The notes under the pieces are model-generated. The model made no database searches. It was not told where the DNA came from and worked only from the letters and a program-made list of their open reading frames with translations. From the NCBI GenBank assembly GCA_964291215.2, contig OZ219790.1:2112001-2176000 (forward strand): a stretch of 64,000 nucleotides of DNA, given 5' to 3'. Positions within the stretch are counted from its first letter, which is position 1. The number at the start of each line of letters is the position of its first letter. This DNA is from Alphaproteobacteria bacterium (GTDB lineage Bacteria; Pseudomonadota; Alphaproteobacteria; MPNO01; UBA830). This document shows, piece after piece, positions 21,037-33,352 of the stretch. The position numbers were made by a program, and so were the translations under genes.

Positions 21037-22823
21037 CAAGGTGATCCCATGCTTGTTGATGTGATGTGATCGGAGTCCTGATCGCGGCGCGGGTCGACGC
21101 GTTCGAGGCTGCGATTTTGAGATTTGCTGACGCGCTGTTACGGCGCGGGGCGCGATTGGTCGGCGTATCCGGGGCGAGCGAGAGGCCTTGGTTGCCGGGC
21201 TCGAAAGCTTGCAGTTTCTGTCGGGGAGAGAGGCGCGGTCAGCCTGGTCTTGTGATTGCGTGCAGGACCTGCCTGCGCTTGTCGGCATAGTGGTGTCGAC
21301 GAAGCTGTTGAAGGGTTTGGGCAGCTTGCGTTTGTTGCGGATGATGATTGCGAGGGTGATCGCGTTGTTTGCGGGCGCGTTCGGAGCATGGAGTCGTCTT
21401 CGCGGAAGGTGGCGTCGCGGACATGATGATGGCTCTCGACTACCCAGTGTCCACGATTCCATGCGAGCAGCTGTTGCGGCGAGGCGCGTTCGGCCGAGGT
21501 CATGGCGTATTCGGTTGTCCGTTTTCCGGATTTCTTGAATTCGACGCGCCGGGTGACGCGGCAGATCTGCTTGACTAGTTGATCATCTTCGCCAGCGGGG
21601 TGAAGATGGTGCGCTGGCGGCCATGCGCGGGCTTTTCGTTGTAGCGCTGGCGGTCTTCCAGTTGATGCTCTCTCGAAGGTGCGTTGCCCTTGACCATCAG
21701 TCCGCGCGATGGGTCTCGATGGTCAGCCGCGCGGGTGGTGTGGAGCGCGTCGAGGGTGAGCAGACGGCCGGCAACCGGCGCCGTCGCGGCGTGGACGGCA
21801 GCGATCTCCCCGTCGTTATAGTTGAGGATCGAAACCGGCATACCGGTCCCGTGCCAGCGAGACCGTCTCGTAATGATCCTCGCCGGTGCGCTTGCCGTCG
21901 ACCGCGTTGCCGACCTGCGGCTGCGCGCCGCATCCTCGATCCATCCCGGGTCGGTGTTCTGCAGCACCCGGTGCACGGTCGATTTGGAAACCGGCTTGTC
22001 CCTGTTCTTCCATGCTGCTCCAGCTCCTTCTGTGTCGTAGTGCGCCGCCGCCACCGCGCCGGTTCGCAAGCCAGCAAAATCACGCACAGCACCGAGGCGA
22101 TGCCCCTGCGCACGCCGGAAAGCGCCGCTGATAAATCGAGCGCAACTCCTGCGCCGACCAGCGGCGCCCGCAATTCCCACGCCGCAGGAAGCGGCGAACG
22201 ATCCCGCGTCACGACGCAGCGGAAACACGTAAAGATCCTTCGCCTCCCCGGTCGGTATAGCGCCCGCTGGCGCGCGCATAGCTCCTGCCAACGCACTCCC
22301 AGTTCGCCGCCTTGTACATGGTGCCGCTGAACTTCGTCGGCAAGACAAACGACTCCGCAACAAGCAACGGATGGCCGTACGCAGCCTCCCAGTCGCCGCC
22401 GCACCATCCGCGACAACGCAAACGAGGCCCGGAAACGACCACCAAGAACAACAAACCTCGTGTTGTTCCCGGCAACCGCCTGAACTGTTCCTCGCGGCGC
22501 CAGCCAACGGGTGCGCAGCTGAGGGCGCCCGTCTGCGAGCCCGCAGCGCCAATCCACCGCCCGCGCCAGGTGAACACGCAGACCTCGACCGGCAAACTGC
22601 TTGAAACCAAGATACGGTCAACAACACGGTTCCAGCGACATCAGGCCGCGCAAGGCGCACAACCACATCCCGGAGCTCAAAACCCTCCGGAGTCGTCTCA
22701 AAAAAATCCGCTGCCCCCACGACAACGGATACTACGCCGCTTCACAAAAAGCCAGCGAAAATACGAATCATCCTGAACAAGCGAAACCGACCCTTCCAAC
22801 AAACCTAGCGTGGGATCACCGTG
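21037..22823 (-). mobile_element. ISAs1-family element with DUF4338/DruA-like N-terminus, degenerate
   Basis: TIRs caaggtgatcccatgct / agcgtgggatcaccgtg, 10-bp duplication (t/c)gggggacgg; YGHPLLVAESFV..GTMYKAANW, AVDGK, TLDALHT, RGHWVVESHHHVRDATFRED. Confidence 0.88.
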
Positions 22824-22841
22824 CGGGGGACGGGGTTACCG

Positions 22842-22910
22842 GGTACTGTAACTTGATGTCTGGAAATTTGTCTGAGGTTTGCGCTTTGAGGCATTTCACT
22901 GGGGGGCTAG
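22842..22910 (+). mobile_element. IS256 left-end remnant
   Basis: gtactgtaacttgatgtctggaaatt... cut at the CTAG centre of its palindrome by IS630. Confidence 0.8.
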
Positions 22911-24098
22911 TAGTCCACCGGCATTGTATTGATGGTTTTGGTGGGTAGTATTCCTGTGTCGGCATCCGTTGGAATCTGGACAGTGTCGATATCCACACGG
23001 GCAAGATGCCGAACAGGCAGCCGCAGCCCCATGAACAGGTCTGGACAACGGGAGCGGCGCAATGACAGGAGCAGCGTATATGGCCAACTCTCGGGGCAGG
23101 AAGCTCTACCGCGTGACCCTTTCGGCGCAGGAGCGCCGGGATCTGAAGGCGATTGTCGACGGCACCGGGGCTGCCTGGCGCCGGGCACAGGTCCTGATGC
23201 TGAGGGGGCGCTTGTCGATGCCGACATTGCGCAAGGGCTGGGCATCGGCACGGCGACGGTTGAGCGCTTGCGCAAGCGCTGCGGGGGCTGGACGCCGCCC
23301 TCAGCCGCAAGGAGCAGGTGAACCGTCGGCCGAAACGGGGGCGATGGAGGCGAAGCTGATCGCCCTGTTCGTCCCCGCCCGAGGGCTGTGGACGCTGAAG
23401 CTGCTTGCCGGCCGTCTGGTGGAGATCGTCGAGCGCATTTCGGAAGAGACGGTCAGGAAGACGCTAAAAAAAGAGATCAAGCCGTGGCTGAACTGGTGCA
23501 TTCCACCGCACCGGAGCGCACAGTTCGTAGCGGCGGACGTGCTTGACATTTATCAGCGGGACTTTGCCGGGGACGAGGTGCTGGAGATCAGCCGGCAGCA
23601 GGAAACCCGCATCCCCCGGTCAGCCGGAGGTGGTCGACTATGAATATGAGCGCAACGGCACGGCCAACCTCTTCATGGCCTTTGCGCCCAACGAGAACTG
23701 GCGCACGGTGAAAGTCACCGACCGTCGCGGGACTGGGCGCACTTCATCCGGGAGCTTGCCGACGACCATTTCCCCGACAGAAAGATCGTGCTGGACAATC
23801 TGAACACGCACAGTCACTGTATGAAGCCTTCGAGCCCGAGGAGGCGGGTACGAAAGCGGTTCGAGTTTCGCTATACGCCGAAGCTGGCTCAACATGGCCG
23901 AGATCGAGATCGGTGCGCTGTCGCGGCAATGCCTTCGGCGACGCATTCCCGACCGCGACACCATGCTGCGGGAGACCGTGGCGTGGGTCGAGCGCCGCAA
24001 TGCGGCCGATGTCACTGTCGACTGGCGTTTCACGACGAAGGATGCCCGAACGAAACTGAAGTCACTATGCCCATCAATCCAATAATGCTAGACTACTA
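22908..24098 (+). mobile_element. IS630-family element (type A), degenerate
   Basis: TA/CTAG flanks, TIRs tagtccaccggcattgtattgatgg; YEYERNGTANLF, LDNLNTH, WLNMAEIE. Confidence 0.9.
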
Positions 24099-24113
24099 GG
24101 GGTGAGTAGATAC

Positions 24114-24365
24114 CTTCGCCTTTCCATTCTTGGGAGCGCGGCTTGGATGAATACACCAACGGCCTGGTGCGGGGGCACTTCCCAAAGGGCACAGACATTC
24201 GCACGATATGCAACGAAGATGTTCAGAAGGTACAGGATCAGGTCAACATGCGGCCTAGGAAAGCCTTGGGATCGCCAACGGAGGTAATGTTTGGCCTTGA
24301 AGTGAAACCGCCCTGACCATCTGCGTTTCGAAGCCGCAACGTACAGCAGGGTCTATGCCGCGCGA
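24114..24365 (+). mobile_element. IS30 3' fragment preceded by an IS66 end (24099-24113)
   Basis: SWERGL.E.TNGLVR..FPKGTD; ggggtgagtagatac immediately upstream. Confidence 0.75.
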
Positions 24366-24369
24366 CGAC

Positions 24370-25500
24370 GAGATAGATGATAGCATCGCGCCATCCCGAG
24401 GGCGACGCGGCCTGTCCCGGGCATCCGCTACTGGATTCTCTCGTCCCTGCACGGCGGCCTGGCACTGCGTCCTGGCATCACAAAGCGCGGGACCTCCACA
24501 TCGGCTGGCGGCGCGGGACGCTAACATCGGGCGGGTTGTCAACAACGACAGGTTTCTTCTGCTTCCTGGCGTCCGCGTCCATGGGCTTGCGTCCGTGGCG
24601 CTGTTCCATGGTCGCGTGGCGGACGATTGGGAGGAGCGCTACGGTGTTCGCCTGGCGTACAGCTACGTGGGTGCGGCGGCGTGCTGCAAGGGGTTGCGGG
24701 TGTATGTGAAGCCGCTGTCGGCGGACTGGTCTCTCGGGCGGGCCGGATGATCGGTTCAGGCCTGCGTCAAGGGAGGATGCGACATGGCGGAGTACGGACG
24801 GAGCGCGCACAGCGCCTTGTCACGATGGGCGAGGCCTGGTGCGGTCGTCCGGGTGCGCCGATAATCTTTCCCGGCGAGGCGGAGCGGCTTACAGGTTCCT
24901 GTCGAACCCGAGGATCGGCATGCAAGACATCCTTGAGCCGCATCAGGAGGCGATGCGTTGCCGCAGCCAGTCTGTTGCGGTTCAGGGATGCTGAACTACA
25001 GCGAGGCAACGCAGGGCCTTGTCGACATCGGCGGCTCTGGAAGCAAGGGGCTCATGTCGGCGTTGCGTTCAGCGGCTGCGCACTGGGGGTATTCAGCCTT
25101 GATTCCGTGCGGAGGACAAGGCAACGGCGGGCGAGGAAAGCGGACGGACGCCTTCGCCAAGTCCGCCGAGGCGGCCTGCCCGCGAACCCGCCCGTCTGCG
25201 ACCGTGAGGGCGACATGTGGTCTCTCCTGTCCGGAGGCCTGCGCCGTCGCGCCCGGCGGCTCCTGGTCCGCGCCAGCCGTTCGGGCGGGCCATCACGGCG
25301 GACGGCAAGGCCAGGGACCTGTTCGCGGCCGAATTGGACATCGTCGCGGAGAAGACGGTCGACATCGCCGCCTGTGGCGGCCCCCGGACGCGCAAGGGGC
25401 GCAACAAGCTGCGGGCCGGTCGCGTCCTGGCCGTGGGCGGCGGCGGCGAACAGATACAGCCCGGCGGCAATGACGAGAGCGGGTATGCGCATGGGAACCC
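24370..25500 (+). pseudogene. DUF4338/DruA-like region followed by IS4/Tn5-like transposase, degenerate
   Basis: HIGW..RVVNNDRFLLLPGVRVHGLAS..DDWEERYG; later VCDREGDMW and LLVRA. Confidence 0.65.
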
Positions 25501-25606
25501 CTGTCCGTGAAAGGGAACCTCCGGCCGCCCGGAGAGCGCCGGAGGAAAGAAGGCCCCGGCCGCGCGAAGCGGCCGGGGCCCGGGAACGCGGATGCTCGGG
25601 AGCAGG

Positions 25607-27358
25607 CTACTCCGCCGTCTCCGTCTCCATCCTCGTCGAGTATGCGCCGACAGCGTGCCCGTTCGAGAAGTGGGCGTTGAACATGCCCAGGAAGCCGGCC
25701 GGGCGCCCCTCGCCGTCCTGGCTGAAGGATCTAGCCCGCCACCTGCCGGTCTTGTCGAAGTCGGTGCCGCCTATGGAACCCGTGGCAACGCCTTCGTCGA
25801 CATCGCCGCCAGTACTACTGGGAGCGTGGAAACTGGTGGCGATCTCCGCGAGCTTGACGCTCCAGTCCTCGTCGACGGCATTCCCCATGAAGTTGTCGAT
25901 CGTACCTCCCAGTTTGGGGGCGGCGCTGAACGTGGCCTTGAGCGTCACATCCGCCGTGAACCGTGCGGACCTTTGCCCCGTGTGCTCGCCGGCGGTGTAG
26001 AGCTTCAGCGCCGACAGGCCAAAGGCTTCGCCCTTGTAGGTGGCAGTGTTCGGGAGAGTGGTGCTGGCAGCAACATTCCCTTGATAAAGGGCAGGGCTGT
26101 TTGCGAGGACAATGATCCCGGTGTCGTTTGCGTTTGCGCTGCCGCCGGTTCCATACAGCCAGTACCCGTAGCGGACATAGGCATTCCACGTCGTGTAGTG
26201 GGAGTTCCTCGGCGTCATCCAGTAGTAGCGATACGAGCCCGCGTAGCCATCGTCGAATTCGTCGGCCGCCTTGAAGAACAGCTTGCCGGTCAGCTTGCCG
26301 CCCTCGGCATTGCATGTGCCCTGGCAATACAGCGTCCCCTTGACCCCCTTGTAATACTGGTCGGCGAGCATGCCGCCGGTGAGCGTGGGATACGCCGTCA
26401 GGGCCGTTCCATCCGAGCCGGTGAGTGCGGACAGGGGCATCCCGGCAAGGGGCAGGACATCGACATCCATGTTGTCGGCGCCGAAGGCCTTCTTCACGAG
26501 CATCCCATCCTTGGCGGCGATCTGCTCCCAGGTCATGACGCCGGCCGGGAGTTCGCCGTCGTCATACCTGTGATAGAACATGGATTTCCGATCGTCGTTC
26601 TCCCCGGTGGTGATGGCCTTCGTCGGCGGCATGGCGCTGCCTCTGCCGGCGGCGAGGTCCCCTGTCGGACGCCGAACGTAGGAACCCATGATTCTGCTAT
26701 CGTAAGCGCCGCTGGCGCGAGCTGTTTCCGCAAGCTGAAAGGCATAGAGCATCCGCCTCGCGGGCCTTGTCGACTCCCTGAGGAGGCCAGCGGGGGTTTC
26801 GCCGGCGCGGTTCTTGATTTTCGCCTCGGTATCGACACTCGAGAGATAGGCTGCGATCGAGCCGGCCCCGGTCAGATACCCCTCGATGAGCTTGATCTGC
26901 GCGGCCACATCCTTGCTCTGCTGATCGACCACCTTCTTCTGCGCCGCAAGGCCGGTCGTGCCGGCCGGCAGGGCATTCAGCGCCTTCAGCGCCTCATCGA
27001 TCTTCATCTTCTCCGCCCTGGCGTCCGCCAGCGCCTTCTCGGCCGCCGCCTTCGCGGCTTTTATGGCCTCGGCGTTGGCCCTGACCATCGAGCTGTCGCC
27101 GCCTGTGGAGTAGATGCGCTCAGTCGGGGACGCCTTCTTGGCCGCATCACGCTGCATTTTGGCCACTTGCTCGGCCGCCATCGCCGCCTTTTCGGCTGCC
27201 GCGGCGGCGTCGTAGGCCGCCTGCGCCTTCTGGGCGTCCGTCATCTCCATCTGCTGGTTGCCCATCGCGACCGGCTTCTTCGACCCGCCACCGCAGCCTG
27301 CGAGCGCCAGACCCGCAGCGGCCAGCGCCGCCAAGGTCACATATTTCATAGTTCTCAT
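25607..27358 (-). CDS. surface lipoprotein with coiled-coil N-terminus and TbpB/fHbp-like C-terminal barrel
   Basis: Lipobox LALAGC-GGGS; Ala/Lys-rich helix; ATYKGEAFG..FTADVTLKATF..LGGTIDNF..GMFNAHF..VGAY. Confidence 0.8.
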   Translation of the reverse strand: MRTMKYVTLAALAAAGLALAGCGGGSKKPVAMGNQQMEMTDAQKAQAAYDAAAAAEKAAMAAEQVAKMQRDAAKKASPTERIYSTGGDSSMVRANAEAIKAAKAAAEKALADARAEKMKIDEALKALNALPAGTTGLAAQKKVVDQQSKDVAAQIKLIEGYLTGAGSIAAYLSSVDTEAKIKNRAGETPAGLLRESTRPARRMLYAFQLAETARASGAYDSRIMGSYVRRPTGDLAAGRGSAMPPTKAITTGENDDRKSMFYHRYDDGELPAGVMTWEQIAAKDGMLVKKAFGADNMDVDVLPLAGMPLSALTGSDGTALTAYPTLTGGMLADQYYKGVKGTLYCQGTCNAEGGKLTGKLFFKAADEFDDGYAGSYRYYWMTPRNSHYTTWNAYVRYGYWLYGTGGSANANDTGIIVLANSPALYQGNVAASTTLPNTATYKGEAFGLSALKLYTAGEHTGQRSARFTADVTLKATFSAAPKLGGTIDNFMGNAVDEDWSVKLAEIATSFHAPSSTGGDVDEGVATGSIGGTDFDKTGRWRARSFSQDGEGRPAGFLGMFNAHFSNGHAVGAYSTRMETETAE

Positions 27359-28178
27359 CGAACTTTTCTCCTCTCCCGTTCCATAGTGAAGTGGGGCCTT
27401 AGGTTGTGGACGATTACGCAACCTGATGTCTGGAAATTGTCGTGAATCTCTCAGTCATCGAGCTGTTCATTTGATGTATGCCTTGGTTTCGGTTTCCCAC
27501 CCCCGTTCCATAGTGAAGTGCAACACATGATGGGCTGTGACCATGTGTTTTTAGACGGTGGATGAGGGGGGTGTCAGAACCCGCCGGGGGGGGGGGGGGC
27601 TTGCCATGGAGTGGCTTCCGACGCAGCGCGGGCGTGAACCATCCCGCTCCATAGGCTTGAATGCCAGGGAACGAATGCTCGCCGAGGGCCGTGCGACCCC
27701 GGTTGTCTGAGGTGAAAGAGCTTCGGTCCTGAAGAACGGCACCCGACGGCGTGGCGTGAGCCGCCGTGTTCCCGTCGAAGCAGGTCAGGGAAGTGGTGCG
27801 CCTGCGTGGCCGGCTCCCTGACCGAGAGGTTTGCGCTCAGGCGACGGGATATCTTCCCAAGGTCATCCGCCGATACAGTCCAGCGTCCGAATCGGGGGGG
27901 GGGGGGGGGGGGTACGAAGGTCGCGCGCGCGTGAGGCACTCACGTTGTAGCCGAACGACCACGGCAGTCCGCGCATCACAACATCCCCTGATGTCTCGGT
28001 CATGCCTTCAACCTCCCGTACAACAGGTTTGCGGCCACATGCGCCGACCACAATCCTGCCATATCGCATGTACGTATAGCTCGCACAGCAGCCGAGTGCA
28101 ACCCCGTCATGTGGGAACGCACGGCGATCCCACGCTAGTAGTACACCGGCATTGTATTGATGGTTTTGGTGGGTAGCC

Positions 28179-29369
28179 CCCGTTCCATAGTGAAGTGCAA
28201 CACATGATGGGCTGTGGCCATGTGTTTTTAGACGCATGATGTTGCGGAGCTGTCCAGCAGCGGCGAGAGTTCCTGTACAAGATGGAGGGAGCCTGTTCAT
28301 GTCCAAAGGCTACCGTCACCTACGAAGAGCGATGCCAGATTGAGGCAGAAAAGCGGTCAAGGTGCGATTGCTCGGCAGCTGGGCCGATCAACAATTTTCC
28401 GGGAGATCAAGCGCAACACCGGGGGACGGGGTTACCGTCACAAGCAGGCGCAAAGGATGGCAGAAACGCGCCGCAGGGCCGCCTCGTCTGTTTCTTGGCG
28501 GTTGACGCCTCGGGCTGAAGCTCAGAAAAAGCTGCGGGAGGGCCCCGAGCAGCGGCCGTTTCCGACTGGAGGGCCGTGGGTCGGCAACGGATCCATGATC
28601 GCATTCATGAAGATCGGAGAGCTGGGGGCGCCTTGAAGCTTCGGCGGCGCGGCAAGAAGCCGAACTGGAAGGGCGGATGCCATTCCGGCCGGGTGAACAT
28701 TTCCGAGCGCCCTGCGGAGGCAAAGGAACGGGTCGGCGACTGGGAACCATCATCGGCAAAGCTCACAGTGGAACTGTCGTGTCGCTCGTGCCACGAAATA
28801 CACCTTGCTGGGTGGACAGAAAGACACGGTCGGTTCGGTCATGATCCGCCTGCTCGGCTCTGGTGCGCTATTGGTCCACACAATCACAACGGCAAGGAGT
28901 TCGCAGACCACAGGCGTGTCGCACTTGACGCAGATTTCTTCTTCGCCTTTCCATTCTTGGGAGCGTGGCTTGAATGAGCACACCAACGGCCTGGTGCGGG
29001 AGTACTTCCCGAAGGGCACGGACTTTCGCGCGACATGCAACGAAGATGTTCAGAAGGTGCGGCTCAACACTCGGAAAGTCCTGGGATCGCCGACGGAGGT
29101 AATCTTGAAGTGAAACCGCGCTGACCATCTGCGCCATGTTCCAAAGCCGCAACGTGCAGCAGGGTCCATGCCGCGCGACGGCGGAATAGTGGCTTGAAGC
29201 CGACAAAGGCGTTGCATAAGCTCGATGTTGAAGGAACTGAAGCTATTCCCAGGCGGAATCGAGAGGGGCAGAGGGGAAAAATTTGCGCAACACCCGGCCC
29301 TCATCTCCGTTCGGGCTACGCCCTCACTGCGATGAGGGCCGGGTGTTGCACTTCAGACTGGAAGTGGGG
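28179..29369 (+). mobile_element. IS30-family element, degenerate
   Basis: TIRs ccgttccatagtgaagtgcaaca / tgttgcacttcagactggaagtgg; REIKRN, RVGDWE, NGKEFA, SWERGLNEHTNGLVREYFPKG. Confidence 0.92.
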
Positions 29370-29634
29370 CCTTTTTCGTCGATGAGGACCGCGGTTGAGA
29401 GGCGCTCCAACGAGGCGAGGTTCGGAAAGACCCTGACTTTGGAGGTGCGCCGCTTGAGCTCTTGCTGGATCGGCCGCTCGATACCGTTCGAGGTTCGCAT
29501 GCGCTTGCGGTGAGCATCGGGCAAGGTGAAGACAGCGAGCCCCGCATTCTTTTCCAGCCAGGAAGCCCGGATGCTTGTCGCTGGCCACGAGGGCGCCCAG
29601 TTCAAGCCTCGACGGTTTGGAGTGAGGACGCATT
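29370..29634 (-). mobile_element. IS256 internal fragment
   Basis: Near-identical to 1735-1990. Confidence 0.85.
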
Positions 29635-30742
29635 CTAGTGTCTTGTCATTCATCAAATGTCGAATAAAGACGTTTGAGTTTCACGCGGGCATCGTCGGTG
29701 GTGAACTGCCAATCCACCTTGGCCTGGATGCGGTCGCCTGCCAGGCGGCAACTTCCCGACGTAACACCTCGATGCAGTCGATGCGGCGGTTCAGGCGGAT
29801 CATGACGTTGAGTTCGACCACGTTCAGCCAACTGCCGTGCTTGGGGGTGTAGACGAACTCGAAACGGTCCCACAAGGCCTCGTCCGGCGGGTAGGCCTCG
29901 TAGAGGGCGCCGGGGAGTGTTGAGATTGTCCATCACCAGGGTGATGGTGGTAGCATTCTGGTAGCGCTCGGCGATGTCGGCTAGGAACTGCGCCCAGTCG
30001 ATCTTGCGCTCGGTTACCTTGGTCATGCGCTTGCCGGCCAGGGGTTCCATGAAGACGTTGCAGGTGCCGCAACGTCGATACTCGTAGTCGTTACGTCCGT
30101 CCCGGCGCCATGGCGATCGGTTGCCGTGTCTCGCCGGTCGGGGCGTTTCGTCCATGCAGACCACGGGGAAAGCGGCGGGACGGCGATCGAGCACCTTCGC
30201 TGCGGCGAAGTCGGCGTTCCCTTGAGGAGGAATTACCCACCCGCTGCCATGGCTTGAGGCAGTTTTTTTAGCACACGCCGCACCGTCTCGTGTGACACGG
30301 CGTAACCAAGCTCAACAACGCGGTCGGCCAGCAGCCGCAACGACCATTGCGCGTAACCCTCGGGCGGTTCACCACAACTCAGGGCCACCAAGCGCGCCTC
30401 GAAGACGCCGTCGGCTTTTCGCATATAGGTAGGACGGCGCCGGCCACCCAATGCCGCCTCCAGCCCCTCGAAACGCTTCTTCACTCGGTCTACCTTGCGC
30501 ATGCTGATGCGCAGAATCTCGGCAATGACCTTCCCGGTCATCTGGCATTCATTGAACGCGCCCTCGTCGCAGTTAAGCAGGGCGTTGATTACCTTTTGCG
30601 ACAGGTGCGAGCCCTTGATCTCCGAAAGTTCTGCCCGTTCGTCCAGGGTCACCACGTAGCGTTTCATACTCCGACCTCCATCCCGAATGGACGGACAGTC
30701 TAGCATCAAATGTACGACATATCATTGCTGACATAACACTAG
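29635..30742 (-). mobile_element. IS630-family element (type B), degenerate
   Basis: CTAG flanks; WSLRLLAD, VVCMDE, MDNLNT, YTPKHGSWLN. Confidence 0.9.
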
Positions 30743-30744
30743 TC

Positions 30745-32249
30745 GTATCTACTCACCCCTTGTTGGGTTCTGATTGGCCATAGTGCTCGTTGATGATGTC
30801 TGCGGCTTTTCCGTCGAGGGCGATCTGGGTGGCGACGAGTGGGTTGTAGCCGAGTGCGGCCATGGAGGTGAGGTAGCTTGAGCCCCGGCACCATGCTTTT
30901 GCGTGGAGCGGAAGCATCCGGACACCTTGACCTTTGCCATCCTGATTTTCTGTTCTCCGGCATTGTTGGTGAAGCTGACGTTGGGGTCGTCTGTGAAGCG
31001 CAGGTTTTCGTGTTTCACGAGACGTTCGTGCAGGTTGTGCGCGTTTGCTATGCGTCCACGTTTTCCTTTCGGCGGCGGCGGGATATCGGGCAGTTCCCTG
31101 GCGCCCTGCGTGAGGATGGTGCGGTAGCGCTTGCGCCCGGCGTCGTTCAGGGTCTTGGATGCGCTCTTGTTGACCTTGTGGCAGACCTCGCGGAGCAGGC
31201 TCTTCATCAGTCGCGCGGTAGCCTCGACGACAAAGGTCAGTTCGCGCAGCAGGTGGCTGCCGCACAGCTGGTGGCTACACTGCCATGTACGAGGCCCAGG
31301 ACGCCCTTGTAGCACGGGCCGATCTCTTGCCCGCGCTTGCGGTGCGGGAACTTGCACGTCAGGGCCCCACGACATGGAGCCACTTACTGTTGATCCGAAA
31401 TCATCGACATCGGGCGTTGCAGGAGGTGCGCCACGGCGGCTTCCTCCCATGACACATCGTGAAAGCATAGCCGAGGCCTCGGAGAGCTTGATGCCAGAGA
31501 TCGCCTGCACGAACGCAACGGCACGGCGCAGGGACAGCATTTGGGCGACCAGCAGGTTGATGACGAGGGCCTGAATGCCGATGCCGTACTGCACGGGATG
31601 TTGTCGGGGAACCGGCCCTTGCACTTCGGGCATTCCTTGATCTCGGCGCGGCGCTTGACGACCTCGAAGACGATGTCATGCGGCGCTCCCGATCGACGGG
31701 GCCGTCGATGTCAGCGCCGCAGGCGTCGCAGGCCGCGACCGTTTCCTCGACGATGGTCTTGCGCAGGTTGTCGCCCATCTGCCGGTTCGGCTTCGGGCCG
31801 TTGCTCCCGGCACGCTCTTGTCCGTCTGTGACGGCGGCAGACCGGAGTTCCGGCTCGTGCGTGGTCTTCTCCAGAAGGACGACGATGAGGATGTCGAGCA
31901 GGATGACGAAGACGCGGATCACGGCCTCTTCCGCCACCTTGCCGGCAGCGCCGCGGTCTTGGCCGCTTCGAACTCCTCGCGCGCCGCCCGTCGCCATCAC
32001 CCGACCTTGCGCTTCATCAGCGCGCCGCCTCCGAGATGCGTTTCCACATACAGATCATGCGGAGGCTGGAGCCCCGGAAGCAGCTGGCACAGCCCGCTCG
32101 TCGCCTTCGATCCAAAGTAGCCCACTGGCGGTCCTCGTCGTTCTCGATGACCACCACTAAGCGAATCGGCCTGCAATGTCAAATCTCCACGTAAACCCGT
32201 TCGTTACTCTACCCCGACATCAAGCCGGAACCAGGGGGTGAGCAGTTAC
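30745..32249 (-). mobile_element. IS66-family element with internally deleted methyltransferase gene, degenerate
   Basis: TIRs gtaactgctcacccc / ggggtgagtagatac; GYFGSKATSGLCQ..ETHLGGGALMKRK remnant then TnpC motifs HQLCGSHLLREL, FTNNAGE, KVSGCFR. Confidence 0.88.
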
Positions 32250-33020
32250 GCGCTCGGTTACCTTGGTCATGCGCTTGCCGGCCAGGGGTTCCGTGGCCAT
32301 GAAGACGTTGCAGGTACCACAACGTCGATACTCGTAGTCGTTACGCCCGTCCCGGCGCCATGGCGATCGGTTGCCGTGTCTCGCCGGTCGGGGCGTTTCG
32401 TCCATGCAGACCACGGGTAAGGCGGCGGGGCGGCGATAGACATCGAGCACCTTCGCTGCGGCGAAGTCGGCGTTCCCTTGAGGAGGAATCACCCACCCGC
32501 TGCCATGGCTTGAGGCAGTTTTTTTTAGAACACGCTGCACCGTCTCGTGTGACACGGTATCAATGTAACCAAGCTCGACAACGCGGTCGGCCAGCAGCCG
32601 CAACGACCATTGCGCGTGACCCTCAGGCGGTTCACCACAACTCAGGGCCACGCGCCTCGAAGACGCCGTCGGCTTTTCGCATATAGGTAGGACGGCGCCG
32701 GCCACCCAATGCCGCCTCCAGCCCCTCTTCAACGAAACGCTTTTTCACCCGGTCTACCTTGCGCATGCTGATGCGCAGAATCCCGGCAATGACCTTCCCG
32801 GTCATCTGGCATTCATTGAACGCGCCCTCGTCGCAGTTGAGCAGGGCGTTGATTACCTTTTGCGACAGGTGCAAGCCCTTGGTCGTGATCTCCGAAAGTT
32901 CTTACCGTTCCGCCTCGTCCAAGGTCACCACGTAGCGTTTCATACTCCGACCTCCATCCCGAATGGACGGACAGTCTAGCACCAAATGTACGACATATCA
33001 TTGCTGACATAACACTACTA
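32250..33020 (-). mobile_element. IS630 type B 5' part, truncated by IS66
   Basis: Near-identical to 30007-30742. Confidence 0.88.
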
Positions 33021-33062
33021 GAGCTGCGGCCGGCAGCCGTCAACGCCTTTCGGGACAACGTG

Positions 33063-33264
33063 CACGGTGATCCTATGCTGATTCCGAGACGCGAAATCCG
33101 AGTGCGACCGAGTGCGTTGGGGCTCGCGTCGTCACAGATCGCCCCTTGATCGCAATTTTTTGCGCCGAGAAGGTCTCATTGAGCCTTGTCGGCACGATTG
33201 CAGCGCGACGCAGACCGAAAATTCTCGCCGGTCGCCGCTGGATTAGCAGCGTGGGATCGTCGTG
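33063..33264 (+). mobile_element. MITE copy 3
   Basis: Same TIRs; perfect 10-bp target duplication ggacaacgtg. Confidence 0.9.
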
Positions 33265-33352
33265 GGACAACGTGAGAACAACATACGTTGGGCATCACAT
33301 ATGCCACATTCCACCTTGAACATCGCAACATTTATCCCATATTCCCGATATC

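Noticed and set aside
22209-24750. Functional Druantia system
   Set aside because: Only broken DruA-like segments inside IS; no DruE helicase or other subunits
25592-27445. 617-aa plus-strand ORF (likewise 42429-43865, 15661-16947, 8540-9703)
   Set aside because: Antisense shadows of well-supported minus-strand genes
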